Shown piece by piece: positions 25,701 to 37,222 of a DNA stretch of 64,000 nucleotides. A model generated the notes under the pieces. It was not told the origin of the DNA and did not search any database. It saw only the letters and a program-made list of their open reading frames with translations. Origin of the DNA: Tubiluchus corallicola. Taxonomy: Eukaryota > Animalia > Priapulida. Both the position numbers and the translations under genes were made by a program. How positions within the stretch are numbered: the stretch's first letter is position 1; each line of letters starts with the position of its first letter. The stretch covers positions 248,001-312,000 of the forward strand of contig JAQGDQ010000127.1 in NCBI GenBank assembly GCA_030141605.1, in the 5' to 3' direction.

Positions 25701-28700
25701 TTCATTCAAGTAAGTAACACCCTCGCCTCAATCCATTTGAAGCGAAAATGGCTCTGGGTCTGTAGTGCCTGACTGACTGCTTGCTACCGTCGACGTCATT
25801 TCACTTTCGTAAGGCCTTTATGTTCTCTTATTCAGACAGAGCAGCACATTTGCGGAAATACGATAAGCTACTCTGTTAAGCTTGATATTTCTAGGAAGCC
25901 GCTCATCGTCACTTATCAAGTTCAAGCAGTTCTTCACTCTCAGTATGCATCTTGTCATTTGTCATTTTGATCTATGAACCAAGTTCAGAATGTCAGGCTG
26001 TATGGTGCAGATTTCTCTGTTCTGCTGCTGCTGCTTTGGCTTTCTGAAGCGAATCCGTTTGTGTTTACATTTTCTTTTAGAAGCCTTAGCTAGTTTGTTG
26101 GAAAATTTGCCTGCCAGTAAAAGAAAACACATTCTCAAAAATGAAGCTTTAAATCGCAGAGCTTTCATGATGTATTCGATGCTTAGGTTTTGATGAAAGA
26201 TAAGATAAGAATATTTATTTTACAATTCATAGAAACCATTATATATATATGAGAATTGAACTTCGCTTATGTTGTCTTAGATCAACATGATCTAATTTGT
26301 ATTGAGATCAATTTTGTATATATATATATATACATGAGAATTCAACTTCTTACATATATACATATGAGTGTGTGTGTGCGTGTGTAGTTGCATTCTTATA
26401 TATATTTACAGAGAGAGATCAAGCACCTATTTCAAATTTTTTGTAACACTTGGTGGAATAACGTAAGTTTTCGTTTGTAAATTAGAGATTTTTACCCAGC
26501 AACCAGTAAAATTCTTAGTGGCTCATTTTGCTAATTAATGTTTGTTAATAACAATTATAATTCGGTCTAATAATTATTGTTTCACCTAGATTAGTTTCAC
26601 TAATCAAAGTCCCTAGATTTGGCACAAATTAATAATTCAGTGGCACTTTTTCAGCTGCACTGTTGGTTATTTTTGCAGATAATTGAAATTTTTCAAGCGA
26701 GGAAACTTCCTATTAATGTGCTGTCATGAGACTCATGGACACACTAATATATAAATGCATACGCAAAATGCCACAGTATATATGTGTGCAGTGATTTGCC
26801 TCAACTGTCAAGACTGCACGCGAATTGCAGGCAGTTTTCCGACTTCAGGTCTTGACATTTTGCTTGCTAAGCAGGAAGATTGCTTGGCAAACAGAAGCCA
26901 AGTTTTCGATCAATATGTCCGAAATAGGTTTGCCGTACATTATTTCTGTGCAATCATACTTGTGTTTCGTGGAGATTAAAGAAAATTGCTTTTTGGTAGA
27001 GCGAATTCCCCCATTTTGTAGGCTTGTACACCGTGCATAGTGGACTTGTAATCTTGTCTTGTTTTTTAACTATTCGTTTACTATAGACGCCGAAAATCGA
27101 TATATTTAGAAGCCTAATCGCCATGTAATTCGTTTTGCACACCTACTTAAAGCAAAACCGGTCCCATTCTTAAATTATAGTCAAAACAACTTACTGTTTA
27201 AAATTTTAAGAAGAAACACACTATTTTGTCAAAAATGACTTACGTGAAAGAATTATTACCGTACAATCGCATTTCCACGTCCACGCCGTCAGTTCTTCGC
27301 TATTACATGCATTTCGCCATTCGCTAGTTAGACGAGTGCTATCGCCTGCATTTCGGAAACGCGTTGCACAAAAAAGAAGGTGCTGTACCTCAGTTATTTC
27401 AGAGGTGTTCATTTGTGACGAACTGCACATGTTTGACAGCTCATGCGTGAACACAGCGACAAATTTGAAATTTGAATTTTTATCTTAAAATTTGCCGAGT
27501 TTTAGTACAAGACATTGAATCTCTTACAGTAGTGCTGTACTTCAATTTTCACTTTGACAAACACGTGCAACACGCTCATGGAATGTTTTGCTGTTGAAAA
27601 TTATGTTCGTTTGTGATGTCATCAATAGTTGGGCTCGCCCCCTCCCGTTAATTAAGATTTTAATCTATTATTTATCAATCAGAAACGCTTTTCCAGTATT
27701 ATTGGTCTTTAAATGTATACTTTTTACCGTGCTTGAAAATGGACATGGTAGTATATGAAAAATCATCCTGTCTTCCTTTAACAGGCTTGAGACTTCAATA
27801 GGCGCTAAATGTGTTTTGACAAGTCGTCTGGGCCCATAACCTTTAATCCGTAACTGGTTTAGCGTCAGCAGTCAACAGCAATGTGGCCGCTGTGGCGCAT
27901 TCTTCCTATTGCAAACAGGGAAAATGCAAATCCATAAACTTTCCATGGCGATTTGCTTTATTTTCTGTATTCTTTCCGATTAAAAATGTGATTATATGCT
28001 TTACAATTGATGTACAGTGTTGTACACATAGAATTTGATCATTTTAGTGAAGCATTGTTGCAATTTTAGTGAAGCAGTAATAAATGATTAAGTAGCCAAT
28101 TTCCACAAATTTTTTTGGCATAAACCCACAAGGACAAACCACATCCATTACAATGCAGTACGCAACCCACATCACACCACACCACTCTACTCGCAACACG
28201 CCACCCATATCACACTGTTATACGTCACACCATACCACTCCACCATACCACACAAGCTGCACCATACCATTACACACTCACCACACCAAACACACCATAC
28301 CATATCTACCACCCACACCTACCACACCACACTATGCACATCATGCCATCTACATCACACTCACCACACCCGGCACGCGCCCACCATAATCATGATGATG
28401 ATGACGATGACGATGACGACATCAACAACACCAACCTCAACAGCATAGCAGCATAGTGAAACCATGCAAAACAGTTTGCACAAAATTGAAATCGTGTGAC
28501 AAATGCTATTAATAGACCCATCCACTAATGTTCAATAATGAATGGACTTTCTACAAAATTTTGCTCACTTCTTCTCTGATGATAATAGGCGAACAGATAT
28601 AACATGTACAATCTATAATACATTAGAAGGGCTGGTGAAGACAATGCCTGGAACAAACACGAAATTTCCCAAACTCAAGGGCAACGGATGTTCCAAATAG

Positions 28701-31700
28701 CGTGCAGCAAGGGGCGTTGAGAATTTCAATATATACCCTTCCCGTTTCGTCCAGTGAACATCTCACCTAACAAAATTTCTTCCATTTGTAGACCATTTCT
28801 TGTTTCCGGTAGTATGCTTGTTTTTTCCCAGCACGCCCAAACAAATTGCACAAATCGAGGAAGATGGGAAAATACCCGTTGCAGGTGACAGTGGCCTCCC
28901 AGCTTTGAACGGGCTGTCTATCCATAGCCAGCACCATCCCTGGTTCATTCTCTGTCTCTAGAAATAAAAAGTATAAGTTCTGCAAAAAACGGCAACCCCC
29001 CTCCCCGTTCCTTCCTGGCGGTCTGATTTCAAAAATAAATGCCCAATGAGACCACACTAGATCGAGACCTTTTGTTTGATATATAGATCGTCGAAAATGG
29101 AGCAGTCGTCGGAGCAGTAGCCCCATCAGTTATATACATGTGTGTGTGCGTGCGTGCGTGCGTGCATAGTTTTTTTTGTATACCCATATACACCCATGGG
29201 GGGGGTCACCCCAAAATAGCTACCTTGTTACATAATTTCATCGTAAGCCTATGATTAATGGATTATTTTGTTTGGGATGTTTTTAGATTAGTCACATCAC
29301 TGCGCTCCCTGAAAGCCCCGCTCCCATGACAAACAGAATGTCAAACTCATACCTGCGATATTCAGTACTAAGTCGAAAATTGTGTTCATGACAAGGAGGT
29401 TATGAGCTTTTTTGGGGTATGTATTTTGGGCCGCACCCCTGAAGGCCTTGCTCCATGACAAACGAGTAGTCATTCGTGGAATGCCACACCTATACCTACG
29501 ATATCCAATGGTCGAAAATCATGTTCCTGATGAGGAGGTTATTTTGTCACAGGCTCTTGGACTATTATCCAGTTTACCTCGTGAACTTTGCTCTCTCTGT
29601 CTGTTTTCTGTACGTTTATTCTTACCGACAACCAGTTAGTAAAGAAAGCCAGTCAATTTCGATTACTTATCAGCTGACACGAGAATAATTTTCTTGCATA
29701 TGGTAACTAGTGAGTAGCTGAATATTTGTAGCATGTTTACAAAATTTAAGCTTTACTTCTCAAAATTTGAATTTTTGTGATGGAAAAGTGAGAAGTCACC
29801 TGCTTAAATTGCTTATTGTTCAAATGAAGTTTGCTACCTAACAGCTGCCCTAATATTTTGTCCTTTTATATATATATTAGCAATAATAAGTAGCAGCTGT
29901 CTTTAAAATTTTCATTAATTTCATACCTTTGTGTAACCATAAATGAACAGTTACCATTCATTAGTCAGTCAAGCCCTTTTAACCCATTTTCAAAAACATG
30001 AAATCTACAATGACATTTAGAAGTCCAAGAAATTGTGAGTAAACCAAGATTTGAACCCAGAACCTTGTGGTATCAGGCCACACCTCCATTCTTTACAACC
30101 CTCATGGTCTGGTTGAAACATGGCTCATACTGCTCAGCAAACAATCAGCCAGAGCCACCTATTCACAGCAGAAAAGAATGTAACTACATAAGCTGCCATT
30201 CCCCTGTCACATAGAAAATAAAGTTCACACAGCAGTGACATCACTAGGTCATACCATACTCAACAGTCTAGAAGGAGAAAGACTCAGAAAAATGGTGAAT
30301 CAGTGAAGGTTCGCACCCAGGTATCAAAAAATTTCTCAAACAGAAGAGTTTTGTCTTTATGAAATAATTTAGTTCGATCAATATCATTGTTGTTTGTTAC
30401 ACAGGAAGCCAATGTTTCTTAAATAGGAAATCATTGCCTGTTTAACAGGAAATCACATGCAAAATGGGATGAAATGAATATCTTAGCTACATATCACCCA
30501 CCTGATAAAGATTATGGTCATATGAAGGTAGACGAACCTAAAACTCCGTACAATTACGAAAATCCAGAAGAAAATGAAAATCTTGATTCACTTGCCATAG
30601 ATGAAGTCGCTAAGAGGTAAGTGCAATTTCGGCATTTCGGTATTGAAATAAAACTGAATTATTTTCATTAGTGATCCATCGTTAAGCTAATGGGCTTTAC
30701 TTGTTTACAGGCTTACATTTAAATTTTATTAGTGCTTGTTTATGTCAGGTTAATTGTTTTACAAGACTATGCATAGTATATAACATCAGCTTGCATTTAC
30801 AAGATTATATAGCATTTTTGAAAATATAAGTCTATATGCGTTTGGCTGGGCAAATTAACTGTAATAAGAATGTACCATTTTTCACAAATAATGATTCCGT
30901 TAAACCTGTTTGCACTTTTGTAAATTGAACAAGATTTTTCAGTTAAATTCTTTGATTGTCTAGCAAAAGTTATTTTGTCAAGGACCTAGTAAAAATGTTT
31001 TCCAAATGTTGTTTTCTGTGGGCTAAGGGATGAGCTACAGTTTAAGTTGTCGGATAATTGGGTATAAATATTTAATCTCAGCATCCACGCATTTTTTTGA
31101 AAACATTAAGCATTCCTTTCATTTCCAGTGTTTAGTTGGACATAGCTATTTAAATGAGTCTATGATAATAAGAACCAAAAAAGAACTCAGTATTATGCAT
31201 GCTGCATTTAACTGCAATGAGGCACGATTAAGTTCAGTGTGAGATTTAAATTCTTATAGCAAAGTGCATGTGAGACAAAAAATATATATTTAAATGTTAT
31301 GCAAAAAAGTGCACAACGTTTAGTTCACCTGCAATATTTACATTGTATTGCCTGTTACTGTAATAGGTTAGAGAAACAAGCTGATGCGGAACCAAGAGCA
31401 ATGGTGCCAAAGTCACCACTGGAAGATGAAGAAGATGAGGAAGATGATGGTGACCCATACGCAAATCTTACTGAGGAAGAGCGAGGTATGTTTAGCATCA
31501 TAAAGCTGATTAATAAGGTAGTGGAGCCTTGTTATTGACCTACAGTTTCATACAATAAATCCACGTGGGTAAAATTTTCTAACTACACCAGAAGAAGTCA
31601 GTTTGCTGCATTGCAGACCACAGCTCATCGCAGTTCATAGTGCTGAGGCTGAACTAGGTTGCCTGGTAAACAAGGAAATATCGTGATGACCAAGCATTTT

Positions 31701-32525
31701 TTGTTTTGTCTAGTTTCTAAGCTCTGCAGTGGTAATTGTTAAATTACTGGTCTGTCAGTTTATGATTATTATTGAGCTGTAATGCCAGGCCAACAGGGAA
31801 AGTTACCAATTTGCTTGAATGCTTTATAATATGGTTTGTGTTATAGTCAGCAAAATTCTGTGTTAGCAGTTTATATACCAGTTGAATTGGCCATATATCT
31901 ACACCTTTATGTTAAAAGCAGTTATTAGTATTAAACAGTTTCCAGAATTTTGTTGCAAGAAGTAATATTTGTTGAAAAAAAATCAAATCACTCTTTTAAA
32001 GCTTAAAGTAGTAATTATGTATTCCAAAATGTAAATAAACAAATAAATGAGTTGTCAGTCATTGTATAAAGAGAAAACATGTAAACTGTCTTTTTGATAA
32101 ATGCTTTAGCACAGCTTTGTTTTTTATTTTAGCACGGAGGCGATCCTTTGAAGTAGCAAGAAAAAAACACTACAATGAGTTTTACGCAGTACAGCTTGCA
32201 AGAAAATTGATGGAGGAAGAAGATGATGATGACGATGATGATGATGGTGGTGACACCAACAATGACAAAAAGACGACAAGTATTACCTCACAGGGTTAGT
32301 AAATATCACATATTTGCAATGCAGACTTTCAGGAACTTGAGAATGTTTTTAGGTGGTTTTGTCCATTTAAAAATATATTTTTCTCGTAGTACTTTTATAG
32401 TATGTTTCTCCAAGTTAATTGTTGTCGTTGTTTATAAATTTCATTTGTGTCTTGCAGAGTCACCAACAAAAGCACAGGCAGAATTTCCAAAAGGAAAGAG
32501 TTCGAGGAGCTCACCCAAGAAGTAA
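19787..32525 (+). CDS. PPP1R2: Protein phosphatase 1 inhibitor 2
   Basis: Exons 19787-19872 ([20 protein letters not shown]-type motif), 30449-30616 ([34 protein letters not shown]), 31367-31485 (acidic), 32133-32294 ([11 protein letters not shown]) and 32458-32525 (stop). All are GT-AG and in phase. Confidence 0.95.
20091..20974. mobile_element. MITE-like element with AGGGTACTG / CAGTACCCT termini
   Basis: 9-bp perfect terminal inverted repeat plus subterminal TACGGTAT/ATACCGTA motifs, with no coding capacity. Confidence 0.5.
23990..24156. repeat. Near-perfect tandem duplication, about 83-bp unit x2
   Basis: AATATATAACCTTATTTCTATGATTACTG...GGGCACCGCTGAACTGA occurs at 24001 and again at 24084. 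Confidence 0.95.
24736..25399. mobile_element. TTAA-flanked Kolobok-like non-autonomous element
   Basis: TTAA|AGGTGTTTACTT ... AAGGCTATACCT|TTAA gives a TTAA target duplication with short imperfect AGG..CCT TIRs. Confidence 0.45.
25519..25570 (-). repeat. 5S rRNA-derived fragment (SINE3-like or pseudogene)
   Basis: The minus strand GTCACGCGAAGTAAGCGACGTCAAGGATGGTCAGTTAATGGATGAATGACTG aligns by eye to the 5S internal control region (GAAGCTAAGC...TGGTTAGTACTTGGATGGGAGACCG). Confidence 0.55.
27147..27781 (+). mobile_element. Kolobok-like MITE, copy A
   Basis: TTAA|AGCAAAACCGG ... CCTGTCTTCCT|TTAA, colinear along its length with 51315-51899. A 5' fragment of the same family lies at 21182-21228. 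Confidence 0.75.
28160..28440. repeat. Degenerate (CACCA)n low-complexity tract followed by (GAT/GAC)n
   Basis: C/A-rich pentamer repeats explain the His/Thr/Pro-rich spurious ORF 28153-28389. Confidence 0.85.
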
Positions 32526-34841
32526 TACATTCAGCTACGCTTTACGAAAGGTATTTATGGTGAGTGCAAATTATCATCTCAATCCTGTAGTAATTGCTGT
32601 CATAATAATTGTCATCATTATTGTATAATTAAACAAAATATTTTATATTACTTCATCATTTTTCCTGTCTTAGTAAGACTTTTGTTGAATGCCACACATT
32701 TATGCATTTGTGCATTGTTTATTGTACATAATATTTGTTGCAATGAAAACAAGGTTGGCATTTTAGAGAAGTAATTTAACAAGGTTCTTTTAGTATTGAT
32801 TACGTCAAATTCTCCAATCAAATACTGTTATCTAAAGAACATTTAATGATGCAAAATGTAGAAATTCAGTCATTTTAATATTAAATTTTGTATGCAGGGC
32901 ATTTTAATGTAGGAAGCAAAGATTAGGGAATTTGATTAAGTAATTAGGGTAATAGAGAACCATTCCTTGCAAAGAGATTGAAGAGAATGAATTATTTAAA
33001 ATTTAGAAATTCTAAAATGTGCCCAATTTGCAATTTATTCAGAATTATGCTGTTCTTTAACAATTGAATCTTTTTTTTACCGAAGAATACTGCATCCTGT
33101 GATTGCGTGAGCAGCCTGTGATGGATTTTAGCGTGGTTATCATGGGTGAAATCGTGGAATCGTAATAGATCCTTGCTGGAGGAACTTCATATCAGATCAT
33201 CAAATGAGTCTGTAGTGCAACAAAACTATTTTATAGATAGTAATTATACTTCATATGTATAAATATTCATAATTTACTTATGTAATGTGGCAATTTGTTA
33301 CCCTCACAACTTCAAAATTCTTGTTAGTTGGCATTATTAAGTTTTAAATTATTAATGCAAGCGATGTCCACAGGAGATGTCTATCCATATCTTAGTTGCC
33401 CTTCTGTATTTTAAAGGTGACAGTGTCTATACAGTGACCTGCAATAGCTTCAACATCTCTCTCTAATAAAGATTAGTCCATACTGTCATTTCATACCAAT
33501 GCAAATGTAGTTACAGTGCAGTACAATCGTACATATGCAGTCTATCAGATAATGCTCATCCATATGCAGTTATAGCAGTCGGTGCTTTGCTGCCCAAAAA
33601 TAACAATGGTTTGAGTTGCACAACATAACAATTTTCTAACAGCAGGGCTAAAAGTTTCTTTCCATCCTGTTAGGCTTGTGCTACACTGTAAACATTACTG
33701 GCGTCTAACATAATGTCAATCATTTTCTTTGACTGCCCAATCAGTGGACAAGTCATTTCGCACCCCTGCAGAGCTTACTTAATGCAGGTACGTTCGGGAC
33801 ATTTAGACACAGCTGGCTCTAATACTGTTATGAAAAATGCTCAGCTTTTCATTAGTTAGCGGGAGAAGTGTTGGTCTGGTTATAGATTTTATTTTTATCA
33901 ATTGAAATTGCAAGTGAATTAGTGGAAATATATAGTTTAGTTTCATTTATGGTTTTGCAAGTTAGATAAAAACAACTATTCGGTTAACTTTAAATAAGGA
34001 CAAAACAAAATGTTTTCTTTTCTGGCCAGTTTTTATAAATCTCAATGACTTCTTCACAGTCAAAATTAATTCAAATGTGGTCAAAATATATATTATACAT
34101 TAATGTAGTATTAGTTAACTTTACGCTAGTTTTCTGGTTATAATCATGGGACTTAACGTAACTCGGGCATTCAATATAAGGGTCGTCGATGGAATGGAAC
34201 AATCAAAGTTATTCCATTTCTGTAGCCTAACAAACAGAAAAATACAAAAACTGAATAAACCTTGCAGATGAGCATGTGATCAGTTAATATCGAAAAAATA
34301 TATCGCAGGTTTGATGTTCGTATGTTTAAAGGCGAGAGAGACAAAATTTTTGTTGCTCATTTATTGTAAAGCAAGGCTAACTAGCTTAGTTTCTTTATTA
34401 TACTGATGTCCCTGTATTTTGTAGTGCTTTGAAACTTCGTCTCTACATTTTGTTTAAATTTGAAAAGTCCATTTTTGGCTATTTCAAGTGTTAATTTCGT
34501 GTAAAAATAAGTGCTGCTCCGCAAATTTGTGTTTATGAAAAAGTGCAATCAGTTTATTTGCTGATTAGATATTAGTTGTGACTGTCACATTGTTTAGTTT
34601 AGTTTAGTTTAATTTAGACAATTGTTGTCCAGCGTGAGCTGTTGTCCCGATTGCGACTGACCGTGCTTACATTACAGCAGCGGCAGAGTGACAGACCAAT
34701 GTGTTTGACGTCGATTATTGTAGCAGGTTGCTTCACATTACGTATACACGAGAGCCATGTGACATTTAATTTTTTGTGCCTATTCAGTTCATTGCCATTT
34801 TATTAGTAATCATGTTCTCAGTTAATAATCAGTTATTGAAA

Positions 34842-34979
34842 TATTGGAGGACTATTACAATTGAAGTTAAAACATTACATTTCATTAAAAGAATTTAGAG
34901 TAAAAGGTTATTGGAGGACTATTACCATTGAAGTTAAAAGATTACATTTCACTAAAAGAATTTAGAGTAAAAGGTTATT
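34842..34979. repeat. Tandem duplication, 67-bp unit x2
   Basis: TATTGGAGGACTATTAC.ATTGAAGTTAAAA...GAGTAAAAGGT occurs at 34842 and 34909 with few mismatches. Confidence 0.92.
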
Positions 34980-37222
34980 AAGTTTAGCATTGGGATTAAC
35001 AGGCTAGCAGCTAAATATTTTTTAGCTTGATCGGTGGGTACCTATCTGTCCAACACAATTCATTTTATTAGATGTCAATGTGCAATACTACATTGTAAAT
35101 ACGGTACAGAATTTATTCTGAAACATTAAATCAAATGTTTATGGTTATGTGCTAGGTCGTGCCAGCTAGGATTTTTATTTGTTATTAACTGATGTAAGAA
35201 TTTTCTTAAGCATGCTTGCAGCGATAAGTAGATCTGTTTACAATCTTGATGATATGTAAGTACTGTTAGGAGACAAAGTGTTTTTTAATTGCAAAGAAAC
35301 TGTATCTTTTTACTTTCAAATGTTATTATGGTGATGAATAACATTATCATGATGGGTAATGTCATGGTATCACAAGTTCAAAATAGCATTTTATAAGGGT
35401 GAATCAAAAATGGAGGTAATTTCGAAAAACACTCAGATTTTTGCATCATACTTCATAGTATCCACAAGCACATTAACAGAGGCGTGGAACTTCAACTCTT
35501 GCAGATTAATGCATTCACCTGTCAGAGCAGGCACTGCATCTTGGAATGCCAAAAAAGAACTACACATGTATCGTTCATGTAAGTTACCTTGTCAGAATTA
35601 TTTGAGACACCAAGCAGAGCGCAAAAATATAAACTGCAAAGGAAAGTTTCATGAAACGTGGGTGTAATCCACTGGTTACAATGTGATTTCTGCTCTCTCA
35701 AGTAAGTCACAAGATGAAGTAACTGTTATATTAAACCAAGTACGTTCAAGTTATAGATGACATGTTACTATGTTTACAAATTTTCATTTATGTGTTGTGG
35801 TTATTAATGTATGCTTGTATGCTAGTCATTGCTGGTCTATAGTTTCATTGTTGGCAGCATTGCAAATTTCTTTAAGCTACTTGATATGTAAAAACTGAAT
35901 AATAATATGACAGTTTATTATTTAACAAGAATGGAAATGTCAACTTTTTTTTCATCTGTTATTTGTTGATTGAGACAACTCTGGTATACAGCAGTTAATT
36001 TATTTGATTATATGATGGAAATCTGTATGTATCTGTTATTTTGATTACAAAATCAGCAACCTCGAAAATATAAAGATAACTACTAGTGATATGTTCAGTG
36101 ATTACTCAAATATTTATTGTCTAAGGTTTGTCAGGAATACTTAAGTACCAAACAATGTTAAATTTCAAGTATTATTCAAGAAAGTTGTTTCCATTGTGCA
36201 GGGATTGTGCTTACCAGTAAACTATTTGGATTACTGTTAAGTTGTGGAAATATAGAAATAATAATTAAAGTGTAATTTTTCCCCATTTAAACCAGTAACC
36301 CACATAATCTATTGGTGTAAATGCTTGAGACAAGCTGGTCTTCCATTACATTTCCACTTTACGCATTCATCACGTGGTCAGAGCATTATAATGTAGTTCT
36401 GTATTATACTGTTTCATTATTAGTTGTTATATAGGTTACCTTACATGTAAATAATGGTATCAACTTTACTAATGTTCATTGTAGAAAAATATTAATCCTA
36501 CAGATGTTACATGCAACCATATCGAATATACCTTGATGAAGGCAAATTATTGTATGTGATAGAAATTAGGATAATTAGTCTGGCTCTAAACTTAACCAAT
36601 TTTCATTGGACTGTTAATGAAATTTGATGTGAACACTAATTAATAAATTGTTAGACTCCGTAGCCAAAGTTATCTCTTTTTCAAGAAAGCCCCTCTTACA
36701 AGAACAGTTGCAGAACAAACCAGGCTCTTTAATTCCAAGAAAGAATGCAAAGTTTTCTTGTTAAACTCGTATTTATTAACAACAACATATCACAGATGAA
36801 AAAAATCACAGATTTACAGAGCTAACAATACATCAAAAAAATCAGCAAAGATCACTCTCAAAATTATTGCATAACTGAATAAATAGAAACAAAAGTGGCC
36901 AGTCATGAAACTAAACAATTCAATTTGTAGGCTTAAGAAGTTGAGCAAAAATTTAAATATCATATTGGACAGATTTGAGCCAATGTCCTACTTTGTTATT
37001 ATTATAACAGTAACTATGTTGCCCATTATTGTGTTTGTAAACAAGAACAATTAGCACCTTAAACACGTAGATTTAGATTATCCTCAGAGAATATTATATT
37101 ACTACACAATGTAGTGTAAGAAGCTATGTGATGTTACAGCCACCGATTTGACAAAATATGATAAACAAAGGGAAGAGTGGATGTACCAGCAACAAGCATT
37201 TTTGTGCTAAAATATCGAACCA

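Noticed and set aside
28153-28389. His/Thr/Pro-rich ORF
   Set aside because: It is the translation of a (CACCA)n low-complexity tract.
23990-34979. Direct repeats as a CRISPR-like array
   Set aside because: They are two-copy tandem duplications with no unique spacers and no cas genes, in eukaryotic DNA.
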